Assembly (NCBI GenBank): GCA_964485625.1
Contig: CAZAJM010000002.1
Coordinates: 36,167 to 100,166 of the forward strand
Length of the DNA stretch: 64,000 nucleotides
Direction of reading: 5' to 3'
DNA from: an uncultured Candidatus Saccharibacteria bacterium
GTDB lineage: Bacteria > Patescibacteriota > UBA1384 > JAGGWG01 > CAZAJM01
A program made the translations under genes and the position numbers. Below, piece by piece: positions 47,740 to 57,896 of the stretch. The number at the start of each line of letters is the position of its first letter. Positions within the stretch are counted from its first letter, which is position 1. The notes beneath the pieces were generated by a model. That model saw only the letters and a list, made by a program, of their open reading frames with translations, was not told where the DNA came from and did not search any database.

Positions 47740-49854
47740 ATGTCTAAAAATTTGATTAAGCGTAAGCAAGCAAAAGCTACCGGAAAAGTATCCGGTCGTG
47801 ATTTTGCCCTAGAGACAGGAAAGCTGGCTCAGTATGCTGATGGCTCGGTTTTAGCCCGATTTGGCGATACAGTGGTTTTGGCAACAGCCGTTATTTCGGA
47901 TGAACCAAAAGATGATGCTAGCTTCTTTCCATTACTAGTAGATTATGAGGAGAGGCTCTATGCAGCCGGCAAGATTTCAGGTTCTAGATTTTTTAAACGA
48001 GAAGGTCGACCAAGTGAAGAAGCAGTTCTGATGGCAAGAATGATTGACCGTCCGATTAGACCTCTTTTTCCTAAAGGCTACCGAAACGATGTTCAGTTAA
48101 TTATTACCGCTCTATCATATGACCCAAACAGTGAGATTGAGGTACCGGCAATTGTTGCTGCCTCCTCCGCTCTTTTAATGGCCGGTGCTCCTTTCGAGGG
48201 GCCAATTGGTGCCGTTAAGATGGGTCTGGAGAACGATAAACTGATTGCCAATCCGACTACCGACCAATTAGAAGAGTCTGATCTAAATATTACTGTAGTC
48301 GGCACTAAAGAAAGAATGTTGATGGTGGACGGTGAGGCTAATGAAGTTTCTACTGATATATTACTCAAAGCATTTAAGCAGGCTCAAAAAGAACTTCAGG
48401 CAACTATTAAGGTCCAGGAAGAGTTAGTTAAGAAAGGTGATCCTCTCACAAGACCAGACCCAATTCTGCCTGACCCTCAGATTAAAAAACAGATTAAAGA
48501 TGAGCTAGGCGCTAAGATAAAAAAAGCAATTAAGCTCGAAAAAGATGAGAGGGATGAAGAGATTAGTAACTTAGAAGATGAAGCAGTTGGTTTTTTAGAA
48601 GGCGAGTTTAAGAAGGCCGATATTAAAGATAGTTTCGAGCAGATCTACTACGATTTAATTAGGGCAATGATTTTTGAAGAAGGTGTTCGACCTGATAAAA
48701 GAAAACCCGATCAAATCAGAGATATTAGTGTTGAGCTGCCAGATCTACCAAGAAGCCATGGTGCTGGTCTCTTTCAGCGAGGTATGACTCAAGTGATGTC
48801 AGTTATTACCTTAGCCTCAACTAGTAAAGAGGGTCTTATCGATACAATGGAGACAGAGGCCTCTAGAAGGTTCTATCACCATTATAACTTCCCGCCATTT
48901 ACAGTTGGTGAGATTAGGCCAATGAGAGGTCCTGGTCGAAGAGAGATAGGCCACTCCCGATTAGGCGAGAAAGCTCTCCGACCGGTTCTGCCTACCAGTG
49001 AAGAGTTTCCATATGTGATTAGAGCAGTCTCAGAGTGTCTGTCATCTAATGGCTCAACCAGTATGGGTGCGGTCTGTGCTAGTAGTGTTGCTTTAATGGC
49101 AGCGGGAGTACCGCTTAAAAACTCTGTTTCAGGTGTTGCTACTGGACTGGTAGCTAAAACTAAAGGTGATAAAATTGAAGACTACACTATTTTAGCCGAT
49201 ATTCAGGGTTTAGAAGACTTTTTGGGCCATATGGATCTGAAATTAGCCGGTACTAAGAATGGTATTACGGCCGTTCAGCTAGATGTTAAAGTAGCCGGAA
49301 TTACTTTTGAGATTATTGAAGAGGCCCTAGAGGTCTCTCAAAAAGCTCGAAACAAAATTAGAGAGACAATGGACAAAGTTATTGCCAAGCCCGCTAAAAC
49401 AATTTCTGACTATGCTCCTCAGATTGAAGTAGTTAAAATTGATAAAGAGAAGATTGGTGATGTGATTGGTCCGGGAGGTAAAACAATTAACAAGATCATC
49501 GAAGATACAGAGACTGAGATCGATATTGACGACGATGGCACAGTTGCCATTAGTGGTCAGAGCAAGGAAGGTTTAACCAAGGCAATTGAGATGGTCAAGG
49601 CTCTGGGTCAGAAACCAAAAACAGGCCAAATCTACCAGGGCGAGGTTACCAGAGTGGAAGATTATGGTGCTTTTGTTGAGTTCCTGCCCGGCCAAGAAGG
49701 CTTGGTCCATATTTCCGAGTTAGCTGAGGGCCACGTTAAAAAGACAACCGATGTTGTTAAGAAGGGTCAGAAGATTCCAGTTATGATTCTAGGGGTGGAC
49801 GAGAAAGGCAGAGTTAATCTTTCATATAAGTCGGCTAAAAAGAAAGAGAAATAG
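47740..49854 (+). CDS. pnp: Polynucleotide phosphorylase
   Basis: Two RNase PH domains, KH (IGPGGKTINKI) and S1 (GQIYQGEVTRVEDYGAFVEF). 704 aa. Follows rpsO. Confidence 0.9.
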   Translation: MSKNLIKRKQAKATGKVSGRDFALETGKLAQYADGSVLARFGDTVVLATAVISDEPKDDASFFPLLVDYEERLYAAGKISGSRFFKREGRPSEEAVLMARMIDRPIRPLFPKGYRNDVQLIITALSYDPNSEIEVPAIVAASSALLMAGAPFEGPIGAVKMGLENDKLIANPTTDQLEESDLNITVVGTKERMLMVDGEANEVSTDILLKAFKQAQKELQATIKVQEELVKKGDPLTRPDPILPDPQIKKQIKDELGAKIKKAIKLEKDERDEEISNLEDEAVGFLEGEFKKADIKDSFEQIYYDLIRAMIFEEGVRPDKRKPDQIRDISVELPDLPRSHGAGLFQRGMTQVMSVITLASTSKEGLIDTMETEASRRFYHHYNFPPFTVGEIRPMRGPGRREIGHSRLGEKALRPVLPTSEEFPYVIRAVSECLSSNGSTSMGAVCASSVALMAAGVPLKNSVSGVATGLVAKTKGDKIEDYTILADIQGLEDFLGHMDLKLAGTKNGITAVQLDVKVAGITFEIIEEALEVSQKARNKIRETMDKVIAKPAKTISDYAPQIEVVKIDKEKIGDVIGPGGKTINKIIEDTETEIDIDDDGTVAISGQSKEGLTKAIEMVKALGQKPKTGQIYQGEVTRVEDYGAFVEFLPGQEGLVHISELAEGHVKKTTDVVKKGQKIPVMILGVDEKGRVNLSYKSAKKKEK

Positions 49855-49875
49855 TATAGGCAATTAACTAAACTT

Positions 49876-50490
49876 ATGAGCGATAGTTTAGAGAAGATCG
49901 CCAAAGAGGCTGGAAAGTGCCAAGAGTGCCAGCTTTATCAAGGAACCAATAATGTGGTTCCTGGCGAGGGCAGTGGTAAGAGTGGCATCTTCTTTATCGG
50001 TGAGGCACCGGGACAGAAAGAGGATGAGACCGGTAGGCCATTCTGTGGTCGAGCGGGGAAGTTTTTAGATGAGATGCTGGAGATAATTGAGCTTAAAAGG
50101 GAAGATGTTTTTATTGGCAATGTTATCAAGCACCGCCCGCCTAATAACAGGGATCCGGAAGAAGAAGAGAAAGAAGCCTGTTTTAAGTTCTTGCTTCGTC
50201 AACTCAATGTCCTAAAACCTAAACTAATCGCTACTCTGGGTAGACATGCTCTAAACTCTTTCCTGCCCGATCTGGCCATCAGTCAAGTCCATGGTCAGCC
50301 CAAACGGATTAGTTGGCAGAAGAGTCCCCGAATTAGCAAGAAAGAGAAGATGTATAGTCAGAAGGTAGTTATTATGCCTCTCTATCATCCAGCAGCCGGT
50401 CTTTACCGGGCTAGTATGAAAGAGACACTAATAAGCGACTTTAAAAAGATACCAAAAGTATTAGAAAAGATAGATAGTTCTAATATCTAA
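49876..50490 (+). CDS. Uracil-DNA glycosylase, family 4
   Basis: CQECQLY...GEAPGQKEDETGRPFCGRAGKFLDEML motif set, with a 4Fe-4S Cys pair. Confidence 0.8.
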   Translation: MSDSLEKIAKEAGKCQECQLYQGTNNVVPGEGSGKSGIFFIGEAPGQKEDETGRPFCGRAGKFLDEMLEIIELKREDVFIGNVIKHRPPNNRDPEEEEKEACFKFLLRQLNVLKPKLIATLGRHALNSFLPDLAISQVHGQPKRISWQKSPRISKKEKMYSQKVVIMPLYHPAAGLYRASMKETLISDFKKIPKVLEKIDSSNI

Positions 50491-50576
50491 GAAGATAATA
50501 TAAATATTAATAATAAGAAATATATTAAATAGAAATTTTAATTTTAAAAGTTCTAAAGAATATTAACTAAAATTAC

Positions 50577-52319
50577 ATGAACAAGAAAACTAAGAGAAAA
50601 ATTACGACAAGAAACAATTCAAACAAGAGCCAGGCAGGTGCCGAGGTAATGTTTGAGAAAGACAAACTAAAAATTATTCCTCTAGGAGGAGTAGATGAGA
50701 TCGGGAAGAATATGACCATCTTCGAATATGATGAGAATATTCTGCTCGTTGATTGCGGGATGATGTTCCCGACCGGAGAGATGTTAGGCATAGATTTTGT
50801 CTTGCCAAACACTAAATACCTAGAAGAGAGAAAAGACCAGATTAAAGGCATAGTCATTACTCATGGACATGAGGATCATATTGGTGCTCTGCCTTACGTT
50901 CTGCCTAGATTGGGTCATCCTACCGTCTATGCGACTAAGCTTACCAAGGGCTTGATTGAAGCGAAATTAAGAGAATTTAATCTGCCAAGCCAGAAGATTG
51001 CCCTAATACAACCTAGAAAGAAGTTTAAGTTAGGTTGCTTTGACATTGAACCATTTAGAGTAACTCATTCCATCCCCGATGGTGTTGGCCTGGGTATTGA
51101 TACTCCGGTGGGCAAAGTAGTTCACACAGGAGACTTTAAACTAGATTTTACCCCAGCCGATAAAGAAGTAACAGACCTTTCTGCCCTAGCTAGATTTGGG
51201 GATGAGGGGGTGCTCTGCTTGCTCTCCGATAGTACTAATGTGGAGGTACCAGGCTATACGGTTAGTGAGAAAGAGGTAGGCAAGACTTTCAACAGCATTA
51301 TTGCTAAGGCTAAAGGCAGAGTTATTGTCTCTTCTTTTGCCTCTCTAATTAATAGAATCCAGCAGGTAATTGATGCTGCTCATAAATATAACCGGAAGGT
51401 AATGATCTCCGGTCGATCGATGGAAGAGAACGTGGTCACCGCTATTAACTTGGGCTTTCTCGATATTCCCCCAGGGGTATTAGTTGAGCCTAAGCAAGCT
51501 AGAAAACTTAACGATGATCAGCTGGTAGTAATGTGTACCGGCTCTCAAGGTGAGGCCTACTCCGCTCTAGTTAGAATGGGCTCAGGAGATCATCGAGATG
51601 TTACAATTAAAAAGGGTGATACAGTAGTAATCTCTGCCTCAGCAATTCCGGGCAACGAATCTTCAATTCATCGTACAATTAACGATCTGTTTAGACTTGG
51701 TGCCAAGGTAGTCTATGGTCGGGATGTTGATATTCATGTTTCGGGACACGCTTCCCAAGAAGAGCTGAAGATGATCATTGAACTAGTAAGACCAAACTAC
51801 TTAATCCCTATTCATGGCGAGGACAGACATACTGTCCAGCATGCTGAGCTAGCTCAAGAGTTGGGTATGAAAGCAGATAATACTTTTGTTATTGATGATG
51901 GGCAAGTAGTAACTTTTGATGAGGACGGCAAGGGCAAGATAGCCAAGCAACGCATTCCATCAGGCTACGTCATGGTCGACGGACTGGGTGTAGGAGATGT
52001 TGGCAATATTGTACTGAGAGATAGACAGGCCATGGCTAAAGAGGGCGTCTTTATGATTGTGGTAACAGTAGATCATAAGACAGGCGAGTTGGTTACTAGC
52101 CCCGATCTAATCTCTAGAGGTTTTGTCTATATGAAAGCCAGAGAGAAGTTGGTTGAAGATACTCGTCAGAAAGTAAAAGACCTAATGAAAGACTATAACG
52201 ATAAAAATAAGGCTAACTGGTCTCTAATCAAAGATAAGCTAAGAGATGAGATTGGCAAGTTCCTTTACCAAAAAACCCAAAGAAGACCAATGGTTCTCCC
52301 TGTGGTAATTGAGGTCTAG
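50577..52319 (+). CDS. rnj: Ribonuclease J (beta-CASP metallo-beta-lactamase)
   Basis: HGHEDHIGALPY motif, beta-CASP region, C-terminal domain. 580 aa. Confidence 0.85.
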   Translation: MNKKTKRKITTRNNSNKSQAGAEVMFEKDKLKIIPLGGVDEIGKNMTIFEYDENILLVDCGMMFPTGEMLGIDFVLPNTKYLEERKDQIKGIVITHGHEDHIGALPYVLPRLGHPTVYATKLTKGLIEAKLREFNLPSQKIALIQPRKKFKLGCFDIEPFRVTHSIPDGVGLGIDTPVGKVVHTGDFKLDFTPADKEVTDLSALARFGDEGVLCLLSDSTNVEVPGYTVSEKEVGKTFNSIIAKAKGRVIVSSFASLINRIQQVIDAAHKYNRKVMISGRSMEENVVTAINLGFLDIPPGVLVEPKQARKLNDDQLVVMCTGSQGEAYSALVRMGSGDHRDVTIKKGDTVVISASAIPGNESSIHRTINDLFRLGAKVVYGRDVDIHVSGHASQEELKMIIELVRPNYLIPIHGEDRHTVQHAELAQELGMKADNTFVIDDGQVVTFDEDGKGKIAKQRIPSGYVMVDGLGVGDVGNIVLRDRQAMAKEGVFMIVVTVDHKTGELVTSPDLISRGFVYMKAREKLVEDTRQKVKDLMKDYNDKNKANWSLIKDKLRDEIGKFLYQKTQRRPMVLPVVIEV

Positions 52320-52672
52320 GAAATAGCAATTTAGATTGATTTTCGAACTAAGGGCTGGTAAGTTTATATCAGCCCTTTAACATTCCGTCAAAAAAGAAGA
52401 GAGGGGAGCCCATAGATGGTAGAGAATCAGAATCTTTTAGACTGGGATAAGTGTATGGGTATTTTGTGTGAAGATCTGTTATCGCCCGAATTTAGTGAAA
52501 GCTCAAGAAGTTTTTTCATTTCCATCTTAGCTTCGCTAGATAATAATCTTTTAGCTGATATTCATACTTTACGAGACCTTAGAAGAGCAGCACCTTTTTC
52601 CACTAATTAAGTTTTGAGTTTGTATAGTTTGTGTTTGTGCACAAAGCATTATTATTCTCAAGACTTATTTTA

Positions 52673-52701
52673 TTGCAAAAAAGTAATTTTTAACCTAATA
52701 T
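52673..52701 (+). promoter_or_regulatory. Candidate sigma70-type promoter for tRNA-Ser (ttgcaa-N17-taatat)
   Basis: Read from sequence. 17-nt spacer. The -10 lies about 27 nt upstream of the tRNA 5' end. Confidence 0.35.
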
Positions 52702-52727
52702 ATTATTAAAGGCTGGGTAGTTAACCT

Positions 52728-52820
<93 letters not shown>

Positions 52821-52843
52821 TAATTTGTAAATAATTAATCATT

Positions 52844-53026
52844 ATGAAAAAGACAGTAGAAAAACATGGTGCCTCTAGTGCGGTCTATGGTTTAGGCTTT
52901 GTTGGTGCGGTGATCTATTTCGTTTCTACAGCCACAGGTTTCTGGATGGGAGTTTTGGGTATTATTAAGGCAATTGTTTGGCCAGCCTTTCTGGTCTATG
53001 AGCTATTAGCCTATCTGGGTCTGTAG
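52844..53026 (+). CDS. Small hydrophobic protein (60 aa), hypothetical
   Basis: Two predicted TM segments. ORF only. Confidence 0.3.
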   Translation: MKKTVEKHGASSAVYGLGFVGAVIYFVSTATGFWMGVLGIIKAIVWPAFLVYELLAYLGL

Positions 53027-53032
53027 TTTTCT

Positions 53033-53899
53033 ATGAATAATAAAACCAAAAAAGAACCACCTTCTAATGAAGTTAAGATAGCTAATGAGGCTAGTCTCGA
53101 GGCTAAGATAGAGAATATGGCTGAGGCAGGAGTCGATCGCCTGGCAGTTATGGCTGATTTTGATCGAACCTTAACGACTGCTTATGTTGATGGAGAGCGG
53201 CGACCTTCAATAATTTCAATTTTGCGTGATGGAGACTATATCTCCTTTGATTATGCTAAACGGGCCCACGAGCTTTATGACAAATATCATCCAATTGAAA
53301 TTGATCCTGAGGTTGGCGAAGAGGAGAGAGTTGAGGCGATGAATAACTGGTGGCGAGAGCATTTCGATCTATTGATCGAATCCGGCCTTAAAATTGATCA
53401 TATTCATCAGGCAGTAGAGGCAGGTAAGATAAAATTTCGCTTAGGAGCTAAAGATTTTTTCAAGGGTTTAGCAGACCAAGGTGTGCCTTTAGTCATAGTC
53501 TCCTCTAGTGGTCTGGGGGTTGAGTCTATCCAGTTTGTCTTAGAAGAAGAGGGGTTTTATAGTGGTAATATTAAAATTGTTTCCAATCAATTTGTTTGGG
53601 ATAAAGATGGCAGGGCGGTCGGAGTAGAAGAGCCATTAGTGCATATAGCTAACAAAGATCAGGTTGTTGCTGGAGAAGCGGGTTTAGAAGGTAGAGATAA
53701 TATCATTTTGCTAGGTGATAGTATAGATGATTTGAAGATGGTTGAGGGAGTTAGTTATAGTAATTTGGTTTCAGTTGGCTTTTTAAATGAAGAGGTTGAG
53801 AAGAATATAGGGAGATACTTGGATAGTTTTGATGTAGTAGTCAGGGATGATGGTTCGATGGCTTTAGTTAATAAGATAATATCTAGAATAAAGGGGTAG
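53033..53899 (+). CDS. HAD-superfamily hydrolase, pyrimidine 5'-nucleotidase (UMPH-1)-like
   Basis: HAD motif I DFDRTLT. Motif IV LGDSIDD. Cap-domain length pattern as in cytosolic 5'-nucleotidase III-like proteins. Confidence 0.5.
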   Translation: MNNKTKKEPPSNEVKIANEASLEAKIENMAEAGVDRLAVMADFDRTLTTAYVDGERRPSIISILRDGDYISFDYAKRAHELYDKYHPIEIDPEVGEEERVEAMNNWWREHFDLLIESGLKIDHIHQAVEAGKIKFRLGAKDFFKGLADQGVPLVIVSSSGLGVESIQFVLEEEGFYSGNIKIVSNQFVWDKDGRAVGVEEPLVHIANKDQVVAGEAGLEGRDNIILLGDSIDDLKMVEGVSYSNLVSVGFLNEEVEKNIGRYLDSFDVVVRDDGSMALVNKIISRIKG

Positions 53900-53900
53900 G

Positions 53901-54182
53901 ATGTTAAGCATAATAATTAATTTGTTGATTGGGCTAGTGATTGGCTATGTTGCTACTATAATCTATGAATATATTTTTGACTTGATTTGGTATCTAACTG
54001 GGGAAGAACCGATTATTGTCTTGTTTGGTTGGCATCTTCACCACAGTCTCTATGGCATATTTGTTTTGATAATATTTTTAATTTTCTTTACCAACTATAT
54101 TTTTCTTGGCATTGGATTAGGCGTAGTTGCCAGACATACCCAAGACGAGAAGCTAGTCTTTATTGATAAACAGAAATATTAA
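53901..54182 (+). CDS. Small membrane protein (93 aa), hypothetical
   Basis: Three hydrophobic segments. ORF only. Confidence 0.3.
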   Translation: MLSIIINLLIGLVIGYVATIIYEYIFDLIWYLTGEEPIIVLFGWHLHHSLYGIFVLIIFLIFFTNYIFLGIGLGVVARHTQDEKLVFIDKQKY

Positions 54183-54194
54183 TTAATAGATAAA

Positions 54195-54845
54195 TTGATG
54201 AAAAAACGTTATTACATGTTAATTCTTTTGGTCTTTGTTCTCGCCTCTTTAGTTATTAGCTATATTTATTACCCTCATTTGCCTGAGCAGATTGCTAGCC
54301 ATTGGAACGCTCAAGGGGAGGTCGATGGTTATACTAGTAAGTTTTGGGGTGTTTTAATCGGACCTTTAACTTTATTGGGGATGTTGGTTCTCTATTGGAT
54401 AGTGCCAAAAATTGACCCTTTAAAAGAAAATATCGACAAATTTGCCGGTTATTTTAATATATTTATTATTATTCTTTCTCTTTTTCTGCTAACAATTCAT
54501 ATATTAATGATTTTGTGGAATGTTGGTACCCAAGTAGCAATAGATATGGTAGCGGCGGCTGGGATAGGGATCATCATGATTGTTGCTGGGGTTTTGATTA
54601 GTAACGCCAAACAGAACTACTCTATCGGTATACGCACACCTTGGACATTGGCTAACAAGCAGGTTTGGGAAGATACTCATAAGTTGTTTGGCCCTATTTT
54701 TTCTATTGTCGGCATTTTAATTGTTTTTGGTCTGGTATTGTTTAACAACTATCTCTTTATAGTTGCTATAGTTTCTATTATTGGGGTTGCTGTCGCCAGT
54801 TATATCTACTCTTACTTGGACTATCTTAGGGTTAATAAACAATGA
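54195..54845 (+). CDS. SdpI/YhfL-family membrane protein (DUF1648 + SdpI domains)
   Basis: IASHWNAQGEVDGYTSK and NYSIGIRTPWTLANKQVWEDTHK are diagnostic for the family. Multiple TM helices. Confidence 0.65.
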   Translation: MMKKRYYMLILLVFVLASLVISYIYYPHLPEQIASHWNAQGEVDGYTSKFWGVLIGPLTLLGMLVLYWIVPKIDPLKENIDKFAGYFNIFIIILSLFLLTIHILMILWNVGTQVAIDMVAAAGIGIIMIVAGVLISNAKQNYSIGIRTPWTLANKQVWEDTHKLFGPIFSIVGILIVFGLVLFNNYLFIVAIVSIIGVAVASYIYSYLDYLRVNKQ

Positions 54846-55291
54846 AAAGAAGGATTATCTCAATTCCTCCGAACTACTTCTATTTAAGCATAATAATTTC
54901 AGCGTTATTGTTCTATCTTTTGCCTGGATATAATCTGATTGGCTATCCTTATCGTTGGCTAGGAGCTCTATTGTTATTGATTGGGATAGTCTTTGTTTCT
55001 TATTCCTTTCTGCAGTTTAACAAGGCACAGACTAGCGAAAAATTCCAAAAATCAGATAGTTTGGTCACCAACGGTCTTTACCGTTACTCTCGCAATCCGA
55101 TGTATTTAGGAGCAGTTATTTTTTTGATTGGTTTTTCAGTTTTTTTAGGTAACATAATCTCTTTTTTAGTCCCAATCGCATTTTTTATGATAATTAATCA
55201 GATGTTTATCCCATATGAAGAAGAGAAAGCCGAAAAAGAGTTTGATCAGAAGTACTTAGATTACAAAAAACAAGTTAGAAGGTGGCTTTAG
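54842..55291 (+). CDS. Isoprenylcysteine carboxyl methyltransferase (ICMT)-family membrane methyltransferase
   Basis: ...YRYSRNPMYLGAVIFLIGFSV... RNPMY motif. Four TM segments. Confidence 0.55.
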   Translation: MKRRIISIPPNYFYLSIIISALLFYLLPGYNLIGYPYRWLGALLLLIGIVFVSYSFLQFNKAQTSEKFQKSDSLVTNGLYRYSRNPMYLGAVIFLIGFSVFLGNIISFLVPIAFFMIINQMFIPYEEEKAEKEFDQKYLDYKKQVRRWL

Positions 55292-55294
55292 CAC

Positions 55295-56122
55295 AAAATC
55301 GGAAGTCGGACTTCCGATTTTAAATAGTTCTTAATAATCTAATTCTATAGTCAGATCTCTTATTGAGTCAATTTCAATTTCCATCAACCAATCTTTTACT
55401 TCCCGCTTATATTCATCTGGATCTTGATAATTGTCAGATAAGAATTCTCTCTGAGTTAATGAAGGGAAATTTTTCTTTCCGATGTAGTCTAGATAACTAC
55501 TCCAGCGGTAGCTCTCCAAAAAATTGACTGCTCTATTTATGTTGTTCAACTTTCCTTCTTTCCAATTTGGCTCGATCAGTTCTAACGGGTTCAAATGAAT
55601 GTAATTAGGAAGATAGTTAAAGTGTTCATCCTCTTCAATTAGCACAGCTTTATACTTACCTTGGAATAGTGGCCCGACTCTATCGTTTTTTAGGTTGAAG
55701 TAATTTGTGTATCCGGTACCAATTTTTCTCATAAATTCGGTTATACCTTCGTCTTTAACTTGTTTTAATAACAAATGATAGTGATTTGGCATCAGGCAAA
55801 ATACTAATATATTCACTAAAAAGTCTCTTGGTTTTTTATTGCTCTCTTGCTTATCTCTGAGTTTCTCAATATACGGAAGTCCGACTTCCGAATATTGATT
55901 AACATAATATTTATCCGATGGATTTGTGTCGTTGAATTCGTATAGATTGTGAATAAACCTAACGTAATCTTTCTCTTCAGGGTAAATAATCCGTTTCTCA
56001 ACTCCTCTGTTATAGACATGATAGAATTTTCCAGTAATCGGTTTATCCCGATTAGTCATATTATTGATATTCTAGCCTAAAATTAGATATTTTTCAAAAT
56101 CGGAAGTCCGACTTCCGATTTT
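55295..56122. mobile_element. REPtron / IS200-like unit: RAYT gene bounded by 27-nt inverted palindromic repeats (aaaatcggaagtcggacttccgatttt at 55295-55321, and its reverse complement at 56096-56122)
   Basis: Exact reverse-complementary 27-mers flank the single transposase ORF. Each is itself an imperfect hairpin (cggaagtc/gacttccg). Confidence 0.6.
55331..56059 (-). CDS. REP-associated tyrosine transposase (RAYT) / IS200-like Y1 transposase
   Basis: YHVYNRGVEKRIIY, LMPNHYHLLL (HuH motif) and GPLFQGKYKAVLIEE (catalytic Tyr region). An internal REP copy at 55874-55890 encodes SEVGLP. Confidence 0.7.
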   Translation of the reverse strand: MTNRDKPITGKFYHVYNRGVEKRIIYPEEKDYVRFIHNLYEFNDTNPSDKYYVNQYSEVGLPYIEKLRDKQESNKKPRDFLVNILVFCLMPNHYHLLLKQVKDEGITEFMRKIGTGYTNYFNLKNDRVGPLFQGKYKAVLIEEDEHFNYLPNYIHLNPLELIEPNWKEGKLNNINRAVNFLESYRWSSYLDYIGKKNFPSLTQREFLSDNYQDPDEYKREVKDWLMEIEIDSIRDLTIELDY

Positions 56123-56165
56123 GGGGTTGTTTTAATTTTGGTTAGGCTTTAGTATTGAAACTAGT

Positions 56166-57896
56166 ATGGATCAGGTGGAAGAGATAAAGCAGAAGACCGA
56201 TATTGTTGATTTGATCGGTTCATATATTAAATTAAAAAAAGCCGGTGCCAACTATAAGGCGGCCTGTCCTTTTCATAATGAAAAAGACCCTTCCTTTATG
56301 GTTAATCCTAATCGGCAGATATATAAATGTTTTGGTTGTGATCGGGGTGGGGATGTCTATGATTTTGTTCAAGAGATTGAAGGTGTTGATTTTCCCGGTG
56401 CTCTCAAAATTTTGGCCGATCGGGCCGGTGTGCGTCTGGAAAAAATTGATAAAAAACATTATGACCAGACCAAAGAGTACTATGAGATCAATGAACTGGC
56501 GGCTAAATTTTACCAGTATGTGTTGAAGAAAGAAGACTTAGGCAAGAAGGGGCTTAAATATTTAAAAAATGAAAGGTTGTTGGAAGAAAAGGTAATTGAG
56601 CAATTTAGGATAGGTTATGCGCCTAAGGCCTGGGATAATTTGGTTAAGTTTCTAACCAAAAAAGGTTTTGATGAGGAGAAGATTGTTAAAGCAGGTTTAG
56701 CAATTAAGAGTGATAAGAATAATTCAGTCTATGACAGGTTTAGGGGTAGGATTATGGTGCCAATTTTAAACCCGGCCGATGGAGTAGTTGGTTTTACCTC
56801 TAGAATCTTGCCCCAATTTGATGATGGCAAGATGGGTAAGTATATTAATTCGCCTGAGACCCCAATATTTAATAAGAGCCGGACTCTTTTTGGTAAGAAT
56901 TTTGCTAATAAAAAAATAAGGGAAAGCAAAAGAGCAATTTTAGTGGAAGGGCAATTCGATGTAATTAGCTCTCATCAAAATGGTTTTACTAATACTATTG
57001 CTACTTCGGGTACTTCTTTAACTCCGGAGCAAGTCGAGCTGATTGGTCGGGTGGCTGAAGAGATAGTCTTTGCTTTTGATAGCGATAGTGCCGGTCAGAG
57101 GGCGACTAATAAGGGTATCGATTTGGCTTTAGTCAGTAATTTGGAGGTAAAAGTTGCAATAATACCAGGCAAATTTGGTGATGTTGATGACGTGCTTAGA
57201 GCCGATCCAGACTTATGGAAGGGCGCTTTGGCTGAGGCTAAGGAGGTAATTCGGTACTATTTTGACAAATTAATTCCTCAAGATACTTCTAGTCTTTCGG
57301 CAAATGATAAGAGAAAGATAGTTAAGGAGTTGATGGAGCAAGTTAAGAAAGCAGAGGACCCAATTATTGAGGGTGATTGGATAAATCAAATTAGTGAGGC
57401 TCTGGAGATTGATGAAGAGTTTGTTAATAAAGCTATGACTAAATATGATCAAGCCCAGCCAAGTTATTCAAACAGAACTGATGAGGACTCTTCGTCAGAG
57501 AGCACAAAAAGCAATTCAAGAGATAGCCAAAGAAGAATTATTGGCCTAATGATGACATTTGAGGATTTATCTGATAGTATAGAGGAAGAGTTTGATCTAG
57601 ACCTAATAACCGATTCTAAGTTGAAAGATCTATTTCAAGCTTACAGAGAGAATAAACTATCTAGAGGCCAGGAAAAGTTGGTCGATAGTTTGGTTCTTGA
57701 AGTAGAGAGTGAATATGAGGATGAGGACGAAGAGACAGCCCGGGATGAGTTTAGGCAATTAATTAACAGGTTAAAGTCAAAGCAGAAAGATAAGATTAAA
57801 GAGAAATTTGCTCAAAAGATAAAGGCGGCAGAGAAGGAAGGGGATATTAAAAAGGTTAAGGATTTAATAGCAAAATTTCAAAAGATAATTAAATAA
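56166..57896 (+). CDS. dnaG: DNA primase
   Basis: Zinc ribbon [13 protein letters not shown]...[17 protein letters not shown] ...[12 protein letters not shown]...[11 protein letters not shown]. Precedes rpoD. Confidence 0.9.
   Translation: MDQVEEIKQKTDIVDLIGSYIKLKKAGANYKAACPFHNEKDPSFMVNPNRQIYKCFGCDRGGDVYDFVQEIEGVDFPGALKILADRAGVRLEKIDKKHYDQTKEYYEINELAAKFYQYVLKKEDLGKKGLKYLKNERLLEEKVIEQFRIGYAPKAWDNLVKFLTKKGFDEEKIVKAGLAIKSDKNNSVYDRFRGRIMVPILNPADGVVGFTSRILPQFDDGKMGKYINSPETPIFNKSRTLFGKNFANKKIRESKRAILVEGQFDVISSHQNGFTNTIATSGTSLTPEQVELIGRVAEEIVFAFDSDSAGQRATNKGIDLALVSNLEVKVAIIPGKFGDVDDVLRADPDLWKGALAEAKEVIRYYFDKLIPQDTSSLSANDKRKIVKELMEQVKKAEDPIIEGDWINQISEALEIDEEFVNKAMTKYDQAQPSYSNRTDEDSSSESTKSNSRDSQRRIIGLMMTFEDLSDSIEEEFDLDLITDSKLKDLFQAYRENKLSRGQEKLVDSLVLEVESEYEDEDEETARDEFRQLINRLKSKQKDKIKEKFAQKIKAAEKEGDIKKVKDLIAKFQKIIK

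Noticed and set aside
50573-50857. 94-aa minus-strand ORF overlapping the rnj start
   Set aside because: Opposite a strongly supported RNase J N-terminus. Hydrophobic junk translation.
52416-52610. 64-aa ORF between rnj and the tRNA
   Set aside because: No RBS or motif support. The region more likely holds terminator and promoter elements. Kept only as a remark.
55816-56019. 67-aa ORF inside the RAYT gene in another frame
   Set aside because: Nested in a motif-supported transposase ORF.
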